Shown here in pieces: positions 10,701 through 21,809 of a stretch of DNA of 38,893 bases. The translations under genes and the position numbers were made by a program. The stretch's first letter is position 1. Each line of letters opens with the position of its first letter. The DNA is from Nemertoderma westbladi. Lineage: Eukaryota > Animalia > Xenacoelomorpha. A model generated the notes under the pieces. It had not been told where the DNA came from. It saw only the letters and a program-made list of their open reading frames with translations, and did not search any database. The DNA is taken from positions 1-38,893 of the forward strand of contig JAUCBJ010008039.1 in assembly GCA_032718475.1 (NCBI GenBank), given 5' to 3'.

Positions 10701-12581
10701 TTGACTAAGTGTCAAAAATTTAGAGATACAAAATTATCTGGACGACGGGAATTAGTTAGAAAGCTTGAACTTTGTAAGAACTGTTTTTCTCAAAAACATT
10801 TTCGAAAAAACTGTCCATCGAGGATTAAATGTCAACACTGCCAAGGAAATCACCATACCTTGTTACATAGTGATGCTATGGTGGGAAAGGGAGTCTCCTG
10901 GAAAATGACTAAGGCAAAGACACAACTCCAAACAAAGCTAGCGAATCCAATTGTCAATACATCAACAAATGTGGTTCCTCAAACTGGTAGAGTTAATGCT
11001 ACAGTGCCAGTTTCTAACATCGATTATGAATCTGAAGATGAATACGAATTTGATTCCATAGATGGAGAATCAGATCTTGACAGTGTAACAATGGAAGGAG
11101 ATGATCATACAGATCAGTGTTATATGATAAAGAATAATTTAGACTATATGAAGTCATTTAATGTTATATCTTTAAATATTATTGGTTCAAAGGGATCTCT
11201 GAAAGTGAATGCATTATTAGATGATGCTAGTTCTGTATCATTTATTGACAAAGATCTTGCTGAAAAAATTGGAACATTGTATAGTGAGAAGTCATTGCCT
11301 ATTAAAACAATAGAAAAGGTAGTGCCTCTTAATGTAAGTTACTTAACTTGTGAACTTGATTCCATTGACAATAGTATACGACCTAAATATTTGCCATTGC
11401 GTAATATTAAGCTTGCAGCTTTGAAAGATTTTACAAAAGGGTTTGACAATGAGTATCAATGGACATCTTCAGAAAACAGTTATTTCAATAGTTTAGGTGT
11501 TCCAGAAATTGTTGTTGATGTTCCCAATATATCACTTCTTCTGGGCAATGATGTTTTCGAAGCTCATATGGTCTATGAATATAAACCCAGAATTCCACGT
11601 CCACTTGATATTTATGCTGCTAGAACACTATTTGGTTGGTATCGACGTGGCCCTATGAAAGCCACTCTAGTTAACAGGAAACTCTCAAATGAAATGACGT
11701 TTTTGTGTAGTAGTGATGTTTCTAAAAATAGTATGGATAAGGTAGCAACTTCACCCATTAAATTATATGAAGATGACTCAGACGTTGAGGAGAACATAGC
11801 TTATCCTGTAAACTTGACAGTGTCGAGGAATGATATTGATGAATTAATTACTGATAAAACAAGTCATATTAACATTGAACAATTGTTAGAAAGCGGTTTT
11901 GATAACCTGGATGTTGCAGCTGTTTATGAGAAAATATATAAGGAAGCATATTTAGATGAAGCTGTAAAAGCCTTTTTTGAGAAGGATACTCCTGATCGTG
12001 GATCTCATAGATTAGTAACAGAAGTAGAACACCTCAGATCAAAGAAAATCTTACAGACAACTACCAAGTTATTACCCAATGGGCACTATTCTGTTGGACT
12101 GCTTTGGAAAAATGATAACCCAAAGTTAATAAATAATAGACCATTAGCTATAAAAAGGGCTATGATGCTAAGACGACGTTTATTGAGTGATGCAGATGCT
12201 TATCGCATGTATCGTGCACAATGTGATGGCTATATTGAGAAAGGTTATATTATTCCAGTAGAACATCCAGAGATTACATCAGAGAGAACATATTATCTTC
12301 CACATCATTTTGTAACTGATCAAGACAAACCTGGAAAGGTTAGAGTTGTAAATGATGCTAAGGCCAAGTACAAAGGGATGTCATTGAACAGTCACCTTAT
12401 GGAGGGTCCTAATTTGACAAATTATATGTTAGGAATTTTGCTGCGAGTAAGTGAAAGGAAAATAGCCTTCTCGTGTGATATTGAAAGTATGTTCCACCAG
12501 GTTTACTGCTACGTTGAAGATCAAGACAGTTTACGTTTTTTATGGTGGCCAAATGAAGACCTTGAGGGAGGGAGAGCCTAA
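7704..12581 (+). CDS. BEL/Pao gag-pol polyprotein, 5' part (long low-complexity N-terminus, DUF1759-like capsid, three zinc knuckles, aspartic protease, RT N-half)
   Basis: FSGDPQKW...EKYTYLLNLL; CVLCQIKGHSLTKC, CKNCFSQKHFRKNC, CQHCQGNHHTLLH; ALLDDASSVSFI; YYLPHH, KVRVVND, SLNSHLMEGPNL, DIESMFHQV, LRFLW. Confidence 0.93.
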   Translation: MSQIENLSEIGSETDLSIASENMSIVSQSVSEENTESSDANRNNLDVHLGCSNKHLPSKRAQGFRLAFSEKVKKVLRVAYQQERDTTISYVALNDFVKQITVAYYSTSNSYKELELELTNFDSKNYKSQYTSITTARDKTLECSIDAIKRLQIIAHQCQFATLNVDLIFGPLAQSAFQEDPSRSDDTMMKQPSAAQFIDEVERLESQVEPQYSVSNVTKGTIDEIIRTEQGNQELQIGLAHKRLVLQAEHRQRQLEIEKERPFLQEMALKDELDIKRQEEELKIKLNSSTRVAKIINCMRTSSMKSGSAVSSTAASKSSKRSSLLTFLHAEPSASIKQTHINSTVNVTSSLLKPTIRCQGTSYSTAVESSLSVSSNVAPLSVTSPHVQTITTSSSGYVVGQNTVPQDQPLFFIEPLQQDVRSKQMSTQISQVESNRGKVHTSTPCNINQQSKEDISKKSTDILKTVPTSCHSDHFSSRIFINKNRYSKAPDHVSDSKNISEDRFVHINNIHKQLDDVDKRLISMEKSIRTSKSENNEVLGSISESLFNEMGTMRNKMDEISSNTLYINEFHELQQSHAILSDIVFAKQHKYDTEEEGLVWEGYQERGPPNQAYSAQAPGLATAAVQSSNNVHYNSVSKHPNSHATELAMGVAQYRNNQNSSYTNPSFLQATTSRVSTGAAQGHNDNTNVISQATNETNSVLFPNASINADLSQRQLLVNTPVSKTPPAPPNLDYATQPTAHHYRNPPGIIDLSGARIVEEMSKLAAKQSLPHLSFQKFSGDPQKWLGFVLNFRSFVLDKPFSDTEKYTYLLNLLDKEPKRFVEIYDGTRNAFQKAWESLQEQYGDERSLALQLMDSIFSGDSIKHPKDLLYFQKQLQSTRDKLSTLKFDYLLDDFSRLPKIIARLPDYVRKKWRRKAQDLRDNNRQETLDDLISLLKKETKAENDPIYSDRALGCTERRHHGLSFKMSETITDSADKVMNSVRLAIDHFCVLCQIKGHSLTKCQKFRDTKLSGRRELVRKLELCKNCFSQKHFRKNCPSRIKCQHCQGNHHTLLHSDAMVGKGVSWKMTKAKTQLQTKLANPIVNTSTNVVPQTGRVNATVPVSNIDYESEDEYEFDSIDGESDLDSVTMEGDDHTDQCYMIKNNLDYMKSFNVISLNIIGSKGSLKVNALLDDASSVSFIDKDLAEKIGTLYSEKSLPIKTIEKVVPLNVSYLTCELDSIDNSIRPKYLPLRNIKLAALKDFTKGFDNEYQWTSSENSYFNSLGVPEIVVDVPNISLLLGNDVFEAHMVYEYKPRIPRPLDIYAARTLFGWYRRGPMKATLVNRKLSNEMTFLCSSDVSKNSMDKVATSPIKLYEDDSDVEENIAYPVNLTVSRNDIDELITDKTSHINIEQLLESGFDNLDVAAVYEKIYKEAYLDEAVKAFFEKDTPDRGSHRLVTEVEHLRSKKILQTTTKLLPNGHYSVGLLWKNDNPKLINNRPLAIKRAMMLRRRLLSDADAYRMYRAQCDGYIEKGYIIPVEHPEITSERTYYLPHHFVTDQDKPGKVRVVNDAKAKYKGMSLNSHLMEGPNLTNYMLGILLRVSERKIAFSCDIESMFHQVYCYVEDQDSLRFLWWPNEDLEGGRA

Positions 12582-15516
12582 GGAGTATAAGTTTCAAGTT
12601 CACCCTTTTGGTGTAATTTGTTCTCCTGTCAATACTGGAAATGCATTAAAACAAACATCAACAGATAATAAAGATAAGTTTCTTCCAGAAGTTCATGAAA
12701 TGATTGGAAAGGATTTCTATGTTGATGATGGTTTTCATTCAGAAGATGATGTACAGAAAGCAATAACTATTGCTCTTCAAGTTAAGGAATGTTTGAAATT
12801 GGGTGGTTTTAATGTTACTAAATTTGTTAGTAACTCCAAAGAGTTTCTATATGGCATACCTCAAGAAAGTCGTGTCACTAGTAATCAAGATCTAGAGACA
12901 ATGCCACTACCTGTTTCGAAGATGTTAGGGATTCGCTGGGATCTCAACTCTGATAGATTATTTATTAGATGGAAGACATGGAAGAGCCCTAAGCAGTGGA
13001 CCAAAAGGCTTTGTGTAAGTCTGTTTAGCGCATTTTTTGACCTTATTAATATGATTAGTCCAGTTATACTGACAGCTCGACTTATTATACAGAAGTTGTG
13101 GCAACTTGATTTAGGTTGGGATACCGTTATTCCAGAAGAAAATGCGATGGAATGGAAAAGGTGGGCAAGTAGTATTCAAGGAATACAAAACTTTTCAATC
13201 CCAAGAGAGTATTTTCCTGGCTCACCAATAGTGGGAATATTTGATTATGAATTGCACTCATTCTGTGATGCTTCTGAAAAGGCTGTTGGTGTTGTGATTT
13301 ATCTAAGACGAATTTCAACAGATGGGAGTATATATGTTGCATTCGTAACATCAAAATCCAAAACTATTAACTCAAAGACATTTTTGTCGCTACCTCGGAA
13401 AGAACTTCTTGCTGCATCAGTGGCAGCAGAGTTAACAGATATGGTTAACACCAACTTATCTTTTCCACTAACATTAACATTATGGACAGATTCTATGCTT
13501 GTACTAGCATACCTGGTCACCCAGTTCCCTTTGAAAACCTATGAGGCAAATAAAAGATCTAAAATTTTAGATCTCACTATAATTGATCAATGGAGATGGT
13601 GCCCTGGGGACATTAATATAGCTGATATAGCCTCCAGAGGAACAACAATCGAAAAACTATTGGAGAATACCCAATGGACTAATGGCCCTGATTTTTTGTG
13701 GCAGGATAGAAACCAATGGCCAGTTACTGGTACTATCCATCCTTCTATAAATGCTAAATTAGAAACAAAGAAGTCAAATAGTTCTAAGAAAACAAAACCT
13801 ACTACAGTCTCAGTTAAAGATGATACCAAAATATATAATATGGATCATGGCAGAGACCTTAAAGATCAAAATGATCATATTGTTTATGAAGGCGAGGATT
13901 GTATTTTAGAAGAGTATGTACATTCTACGATTGTAAATTCTGAGTTTCCTGATGTTACAAAGGTGGATAAATTTTCTCAGAAACTATGTGATACTCTTAG
14001 TTCATGGAATAAACTCTGTATACGTACTGCATGGCTTATACGTTTTATTAATTGGCTGAAATCAAAGAAAACGTCGATGTATCCTAAACATATAACAATT
14101 GCAGAACTTAATTGTGCTGAGAAGAAACTAATAATTCTAGCTCAGAAACGTTCATATCCGCAAGAATACTTGATCCTTATGGATGGAAAGAAAGTATCTG
14201 ATACATCGCCATTATATAGGTATACACCTTTCCTTACAGATGGTGTAATACATGCAACTACCCGTCTGCCAATAGAAGATTATAATAAAGACTATTGTAA
14301 CCCAATTATTATACCACCAAACAATTATATACAACATCAGCTCATATGGGATGTGCATCTACAAACTCTGCATTCTGGGAGATCCATAATTATGTCAGAG
14401 TTACGTCATAAATATTATTTAGTAACTCAGCGAGCAGCATTGGATAAAGTTCTTAGAAATTGTATACAATGTAAACAATTTAACAGCAGACCCATGAAGC
14501 AACAAATGTCGGAAATACCAAAGGAGCGGATAACAGCATTTAAACCTCCCTTTTCAACAACAATGGTCGACCTTTGGGGTCCTGTTTCTTGCAAGAGAGC
14601 AAGGACAATGGTTAAACGGTGGTGTGTTATGTATACATGTTATGCAAGCCGGGCAGTGCACATTGGTAGGGTTACTGACCTTAGCACCAATGCGTTTATA
14701 TTGTCACTAAGAAGATTTATAGGTCGGAGAGGGACAGTTCAAAAAATTAGTTCAGATAATGGAACCAATTTTAAAGGAGCAGACAATGAGTTATCAAAGG
14801 CTGTGAAAAAATGGAATAAAAAACAAATTACATTAGAACTCCGTGACAAGGGAATAAATTGGGAATTTCATACAGCTAAAGCTCCATGGCGTTCTGGAAT
14901 GGTTGAGAGACTTAATCGATCAGTGAAACAAGCATTCTTCAAAGCTATTCCCCCAAATATGACATTAACAGATGATCAGTTTGTAACTGTGCTTGTCGAA
15001 ATAGAAGCAATAATAAATTCACGTCCTTTAGTAGGTCAAACCACTGATATTAATGACCCTCAGGTCATCACACCAGGACATTTACTTATGACCAATCCTT
15101 CTGCCATCATACCTCGTTGTGAACCTGAAGAATGTCACCAATATGCACGAAAGGCGTGGAAGGTAACGCAATATGTTGCTCAACGTTTCTGGGACCATTG
15201 GTTAAAATACTATATACCATCATTGAGTATCCGTTCCCAGTGGTATTATACCAATAGAAACCTATCAGTAGGTGACCTAGTTCTAATAACGGATGAGAAT
15301 ATACCCAGACGTAAGTGGTTAACTGCTAGAATATTGGAAGTGAAGCCTGACTCAGCTGGTCTTGTAAGATCTGTAGAGCTTCTAACCATCCATGGTTCCA
15401 AACTAAAACGCCCAGTACAACGACTGTGTTTATTGGAAGAAGCTCGGAAAGATATAGGTGACTACACCAAGAAATTGTCTCGTACAGATGCATTGAAGAC
15501 TTCTGTTTTGCATTGA
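12570..15516 (+). CDS. BEL/Pao gag-pol polyprotein, 3' part after the frameshift (RT C-half, RNase H, integrase, DUF5641-like C-terminus)
   Basis: HPFG, YVDD, LHSFCDASEKA, WTDS, NIADIASRG, H-H-C-C, VDLWGP, SDNGTNF, GMVERL, VGDLVLI; homology resumes at GEPKEY near 12570 within ORF 12475-15516. Confidence 0.93.
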
Positions 15517-16252
15517 CTGTTATTATGCTATATTCTATAATATACGATATTTTAAGTTTTATTTCGTATATATTATTGTTGTATTAGTCCTAGATGTGAA
15601 TAATACGGGAAATGTACTATGCTAGGTCAAGTAAGTATATGGTCTCTAGCATCATTTATGTTCAAGTTTTAGTTCATTACATAATTTGGAAAAAGGTTAG
15701 TTATTTTTGTTGTTGGAATATATTTTAGTGTGATTATAATGAAATTGATTAATGACTATGTGAGTTGACTATTAATTTACATATGGAAAATAAGTATGTG
15801 TGTATGATATACTGTATATTTTTTTTTATTCCTTAAAGTAAAGATCAAATATATCGTTATATACATTTATTTGATCTTGTGGCAAAAAATTGAAGTTACA
15901 CATAACTAAGATTATGTGTATTGATTAAGTTGGTTGTTTCACAATCAGGATAGTAAAAAATGATTGTGGTTTTCTTGACAAAATGGTATTTAACAGAGTT
16001 GAGAAAATATACTGATTGAGTCAGGCAAACTAACTATAAATTTTATCCAAAGCAGGAAATAATAATTTTAAATATTTTCGGATATTATATCAAAATAATT
16101 TCGAATATGTGGAATTCTGTGAGCTGGACTATTGGGCTCTCTGTATGTAATGTTCGGTTTAAATTGCTATTTATTCCCGATAGTATTTGCTGCTGCCTAT
16201 TAAGAAGTCTTAGTAAGTCTAAAACACCATACTCAAGTAAAATTGCAGTGAA

Positions 16253-16622
16253 GCACCACAATGCGCTTCTTTGATGATCGCACCACACTGCGCTTCTTTG
16301 ATGATCACACCACACTGTGCTTCTTTGATGATCGCACCACACTGCGCTTCTTTGATGATCACACCACACTGTGCTTCTTTGATGATCGCACCACACTGCG
16401 CTTCTTTGATGATCGCACCACAATGCGCTTCTTTGATGATCGCACCACACTGCGCTTCTTTGATGATCGCACCACAATGCGCTACTTTGATGATCGCACC
16501 ACAATGCGCTTCTTTGATGATCGCACCACAATGCGCTTCTTTGATGATCGCACCACACTGCGCTTCTTTGATGATCGCACCACAATGCGCTTCCTTGTCG
16601 CTTGCACCACAACGCGCTTCTT
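16253..16622 (+). repeat. 27-bp minisatellite, 13 units plus a partial, in the 3' UTR of the BEL element
   Basis: Unit GCACCACA(C/A)TGCGCTTCTTTGATGATC at exact 27-bp spacing. Confidence 0.97.
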
Positions 16623-17051
16623 ATAGCACTACAGGTCTATAGTAAACAGATTACTATTGAGGAATAGAATAGTCAATGGTTGACTCTCTGCCTATTTGGA
16701 TGTGTCGACCTTTTGGATTAAAAGATCAATGCGAATATATATATATGAACAATAGCCCACATGGATAGATATATTTATTGGATTTGTATAGATTCTTGTG
16801 ATGTATTTCAAATATTGAGTGAAAGTATTTTATCTATACATATATAAAGACATCAGAGCTGTACTTTATAGTATTATAATAATTGTAAGACAATGATTCT
16901 AAGTACTTTATTATATTACTTTATTAGACTTGTATAGATTCTTGTCATGTATTTCAAATATTGTGCTATTGTCAGTAATTTGTCAAAAACCTTTGTAAAT
17001 GTTCATTGCGTCCTATTTTTTGTAAATTTATATAAAGGATTATCCAAATTT

Positions 17052-17060
17052 AGGGAGCAG
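17052..17060 (+). promoter_or_regulatory. Putative polypurine tract
   Basis: AGGGAGCAG immediately before TGTAAGG. Confidence 0.55.
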
Positions 17061-17589
17061 TGTAAGGACGCCACCTAGCGTGTATTGATGGTATTTTACC
17101 TATATATAAAGATGGTGCTACCGGTATGGAATTACATTTCATATAACTTGTTAGTGTGGCAGGTTTTTGTTAAAAACATATTTTAGTATTTCAGTCGGTT
17201 TTATTATAACACTGTCAGACTGTAACATTCAGACTCATCAACATACAGATGAAATCAGATATGTTGAGTTCGTCGTGAGGTGGTTGTGCCAGGGTGAAAG
17301 GGTTGTGGGTGTGGAGGGCTGAACGGGCATAGACGCTGACTGTCTGCATAGGCCAGTGACCAAATACCTGGGCCTATGTATCAGTTATGGACCGCATTAT
17401 TAGGGACCTTCCCCGGGGGGCTTGATTGTCCAATCTTTTGGGATTGTTTCACAGTTATTCCAAGAAACCGAAGGTTTAAGCGTATTTACGCGTCAAAGAT
17501 TCTGCCACAGCTCAAATTGCTTAGGAAGTTTATCGCTATTGATAAACCGTGATAGCGATAATACTTATTCCTGCATTCACGGTTTAACA
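17061..17589 (+). repeat. Inferred full-length 3' LTR (529 bp, TGTAA...TTAACA)
   Basis: TGT after the PPT, TATATAAA within 17101-17110, PBS-complementary 14-mer at 17163-17176, last 146 bp identical to the 5' remnant. The left boundary is inferred. Confidence 0.65.
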
Positions 17590-17603
17590 TACTTTGTATA
17601 ATT

Positions 17604-17878
17604 TTATGCATACTTTGTAACAAATAACATCACATTTCCAAAGTATTCACCACCATTACCTAAAACTTTCTCTATTAATCTAATGGAGCATAATTCAAAG
17701 TCAAAGTATTCTTGCCGATTGTAGTTAGAATATTCCATATCTCCGCGAAATTCTGCATCGTTTGGTGGGTCAGTTGATATAAACCCGAGTTTTCTTCCTA
17801 AATATTTTATATGAATTAATGTGGATCCAAAGTATGCAAGTTTATATCCTTTAGCAACTTCGAGAAGATGAATTGTTC
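17604..17878 (-). CDS. Candidate terminal coding exon of an unknown minus-strand gene (GTIHLLEVAKGYKLAYFG...VMLFVTKYA*)
   Basis: 91 codons open to TAA in AT-rich DNA, preceded by acceptor ...ctatttcaaaaCAG. Confidence 0.4.
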
Positions 17879-18089
17879 CTGTTTTGAAATAGGGTCAATA
17901 TCATGACAAATTGTATACAGCATTCAAATCCTGAATTATCCGGCTTTCAAATGAGCTATCATGCATGTGCACACTACTGTATGTTCACACGAAGTGTCAA
18001 GCGCCATTAAAAAATGTTATTATTAACCAAAAATTTACTTTGATTGCATCCCCTATATCGTTTACTATGCACAAATTAACGAATTATAC

Positions 18090-18178
18090 CTGGAGTATGT
18101 CTTGATGTGTCAAAAATTGTCAGACAACACTTCCAGAATACATATAAACATAAAAGACCCGAGTTGTTTATCTTGGTC
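18090..18178 (-). CDS. Candidate upstream exon (TKINNSGLLCLYVFWKCCLTIFDTSRHTP-G)
   Basis: Acceptor ttcttttcattCAG, donor CAG|GTATAA; its only open frame joins 17878 in phase. Confidence 0.33.
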
Positions 18179-18656
18179 CTGAATGAAAAGAAAGCAAAAT
18201 TGCTATATAAAAGTAATATTTTCCAAAGTATACCATTTGGTAGACACAAAGGGGGTGATATTTGTCTGTATCATAAGGGGTGTTAGTTTTATAAGATTTT
18301 AATTATTCTTAACAGAAGCGGAATATAAAAACATTTCGATTGAGCCCTGGTTCACGAAAATTGGTTGAAAACTTCAAAAGTTATGAGTATTTATATAGAA
18401 AACATGTAAGTGTAACGCTTTTTTTAAACAGGACCATATAATAGATATGCGGAGATAAATTAATATTACGACTTCAATATAATGAGGAACTGATATTATT
18501 TCAGGGAATTTTTATTAACTGCAATAATTAGTGATATGTAATGGAATATGGTTACTACTTAACTACACAATGTCCTGGAAAATCGTGTCGTTTAATGATT
18601 TGAGAAACTGATCTGATACTTTATATACTATTCTAACTCTACTCCGGTACGTTTAA

Positions 18657-20783
18657 CCCTACAGTATCTGGCTGGGGTTATTTGAAGTACTTAATTGTCC
18701 CGGTGCCGGGGGGGGGTCCTTTTATAAATTGTTTAGATCTTGGCTCAAAAATTACAATTTTAATGGAATTAGGGTTTTCGAGGTCGATGATCACTATACA
18801 ACTTGTTAAAAATATTTTATGGCAAAGCAACCATCATTTTTGGTGCTATTTTGGTCCCCCAGGACGAAAAGTGTAAGTAAAAAATATCAAACCAAAACAT
18901 TTTTTGTGTTTGTTTTGATAATTTTGGAGGTATATGGTTTTCGGGGTCGCTGATACGATGAAAACTGGTTTAAAAAATACTGTAAATGGAAACGAAACAT
19001 CATTTTTGGTGCCATTCTGGTGTCCCAGAACGAAAAGTAAAAGTAGCAAAAATTTCAAACGGCAAAAATCTAATTTGGTTGGATAATACGATATTGTTGA
19101 GTGTCATATTCGTGATCAGCATCCAAAAAAACCTATATGGCCATTAAATCAATTTGATTTCGTGGTGATTTTTCATTATCATATTTCCATTACTTGTTTT
19201 TTTCGTGCTCCAGGGGGCACAAACAACTAACCAATAACTAATAATATAAATAACAACATGCTTATGTTATTATATTACACAACTCTTCGATATGTTTGAT
19301 GTTGAGGAATAAACCTTCCCAATGAAATCAGCACATTCTAAAACCTCAGTAGCCAGACTGAAGAGCAAATTTACCACTTTTGAAAAACGTGCTACACCTT
19401 TGGTGCTCTTTTAGTATCTATTAAAAAAAATGAAAATAATTTCTTCTCATCTTGCTTCGATTCCTACAGTAAAGTAGTACAGTAAATGAATTCAACAAAC
19501 CAAAACAGCATAGTTATCGTTTTGGTTATACCAAAGTCTTTGAACGGTGATGTATTTTGAGTAATTTTATCAATCCCGAAAGGTGTTGATATGGTATGTG
19601 TGCAAGGAACTCCATATATCTCGAAAACTACTGGAGCTATTCAATTTTTATTTGCCTCATCTGAAAGAGGACATAATTCTAGTTAGGGCCAAGTACTTTC
19701 GACGCGCCTGACATATTGTTTCAGGGGTTCTATCTAAGAGAAATAACTGGCCCACTAAATTTATGGGCTTTGCAGCAGCGTGGCGGGTCGTATCTATAGT
19801 AGGTCATGATTTCATGGGTAGTGGGATATACAGAAAACACCAACATTAGTGGAGTAGAAGCAATCCCCCCATCTTGCTTACGCAGTCCATGAATGATAAT
19901 CCTTTTCACGAATAATAATAATAGCACAATTAATACTTTGAAGTAGTACAACAAAGTTTATAGTATTCTTGGGGCTTATAATTTATTTGCACTGGATAGA
20001 ATAATCATAGAACTGGTTAACAAATTAATGTGGCCTCCCACATTTAACAACAATAACATGGTACAAACAAATATACACAACGAAAAAATCCTACTTACAA
20101 ATTTACACTCTAGAAATTCCTACCAACAAATTTGCGCAGTGGCTTACAATTTACAGACTTCCAGCTTCCACGATATCAAATAGAACAGGTCACAAAGGAA
20201 GTCGGTTCCTTTCACAAAAATCCCTGTATTGACAACACTTGTATAGTGTGATCAGCTAAGCTCGTCAAGAAACTAAAAGAAGAATCCATTCTCTGAATTC
20301 AAGCTTATAGAGTTAGGAGCCAGCCGGAATTTTTATACACTCTATACACTCTATACACAACCGAATACAAGTGTTGATGGCCTTCGTTTATCGAATATTA
20401 TCATTCAGTTGCGTGGAATACTCCAGGGGGACTGACTCTCCCCAACGTGCCTCCCGATTAAGTCAGTTAGTCGCGCTGCTGAAATTTATATTCTACACCC
20501 TCTCTCCCACCCTCTCTAATCCATGTACAAATCAGATTTCATGAAATGTAATTTTCAAAAACGTCTCAAAAAAGTGCCAAAAGTAGAGTTAAACAATGAT
20601 GCTATAACTCGAACACTTCCCAATATTTTTGAAAACCGTTTTCACTATTAGGAAGACAATTGATTTTTAGGAAAAGTCTTAAAATTTTAGATTCGCAACT
20701 GCGTTTCTTTCAGAGTTTTAACAAAAAAACCACGGACGGGTCATATTGACCCCCCCCCCCCCCCCCCCCCGGGTTTAATAGGG
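18657..20783. mobile_element. piggyBac-like non-autonomous element
   Basis: TTAA|CCCTA ... TAGGG|TTAA ends; subterminal poly-G (about 18708) and poly-C (20750-20770); GGGTCA-TAT-TGACCC palindrome at 20738-20752; degenerate repeats of about 165 bp at 18770-19135; TIR identity is short. Confidence 0.55.
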
Positions 20784-21579
20784 TTAAGCTAATAAGTACC
20801 CTGCAGACAATGCAATTTTCATATTTTCTCACTTTTTTCATACTTTGCTGTTTCTATTCAAAATTCCCTATACGTAATTTACAGAGGAATTTACTCTGCA
20901 TTATTTAGACACAATACTTCAGTATGTTTTGATTCTGAATTATAATTAAACTGTATTGTTATTATCTGTATATGGACACGACACCGGCGGTAGTTACTAG
21001 TCAGAGAGTTCCTTAGACGCTTCTTAGAATGCGTAATTAATATGTGTAATATGAATAGAAATGGCCCCCAGTAACTGTACAGCATCCGGCATTGCAGTAT
21101 TTTATATATTTGCATGATAATGATGAGCACGACTCTCATTATTTCGATATTTTATTCAATTTCTTTAGAAATTCCTCATTATTTCCTTATGCCATGCAAC
21201 GCAACGGAAACGAATGATGATATCATTCGTCCCCCGGAATATACACATATTTTACTATAATGAATAGAAACCCCATCAGATCTTAAAGAAAATAATTTGA
21301 AGCTTAGGTTGGGGTAACACCACTCCTTCCTGTGGACATATAGATTAACTTGTTGCTGCGGTACAATTTCAAAATTTTGTTGGTTTCCCTTATAACTAGT
21401 GGTGGTGCACTAAGTTAGTCATTTTTTGAGGGCAATTGGCTACGCGCGAGGGAACTAACTGCGTAGGGATTAGTTTAAATTATGTCATTGATAATTTACA
21501 TGAATATTATTCATAGTAGTATGAATACTTCAAAGTAGATTTTTTTACGTAATTTAATTCAAATAATTCAATTAGGCCA

Positions 21580-21800
21580 TTAGTCTGGAGACTTATTTCC
21601 AGATGCTTCAAAAAAATTATATGTCGGCGGGTATTTTTTATGAATCACTCTCTCAGAAGTCCCTAAGCCAACTTTAATTCTCCTTGGTGCAACCATACTT
21701 GCAATACGGCATTATTCTATGGGGAGGTGCATATTCTTCTATATTAAAACCAATTAGAATAAATGTTAACAAAATTATTCACTGCATTACAATAAAACCG
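21580..21800 (+). mobile_element. Decayed LINE RT C-terminal fragment (CR1/L2/Jockey-like)
   Basis: SLVQPYLQYGIILWGGAY...KII matches the post-RT LINE motif PYL.Y...WG. Confidence 0.65.
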
Positions 21801-21809
21801 CCACCAAGT

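Larger units (their letters stand above)
5904..17589 (+). mobile_element. BEL/Pao (Belpaoviridae) LTR retrotransposon, 5' LTR truncated
   Basis: Identical 146-bp direct repeats 5904-6049 and 17444-17589 ending TTAACA; gag-PR-RT-RNase H-IN order; BEL-type triple Cys/His knuckle. Confidence 0.95.

Noticed and set aside
12475-12581. Programmed gag/pol ribosomal frameshift
   Set aside because: The break lies within RT, there is no slippery heptamer, and a 4-bp duplication explains it.
11612-13829. Short antisense ORFs within gag-pol (also 36831-38671 within the LINE)
   Set aside because: Shadow ORFs of the long sense-strand frames.
16085-16642. ORFs of 121-175 aa (WCDHQRSAL, RFFDDRTTL, MIAPHCASL repeats) as an env-like or accessory gene
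   Set aside because: They arise automatically from a stop-free 27-bp unit in several frames; no independent coding evidence.
20810-20910. Signal-peptide first exon of the GPCR (MQFSYFLTFFILCC...)
   Set aside because: Hydrophobicity follows from T-rich DNA, the donor is weak, and no linking exon was found.
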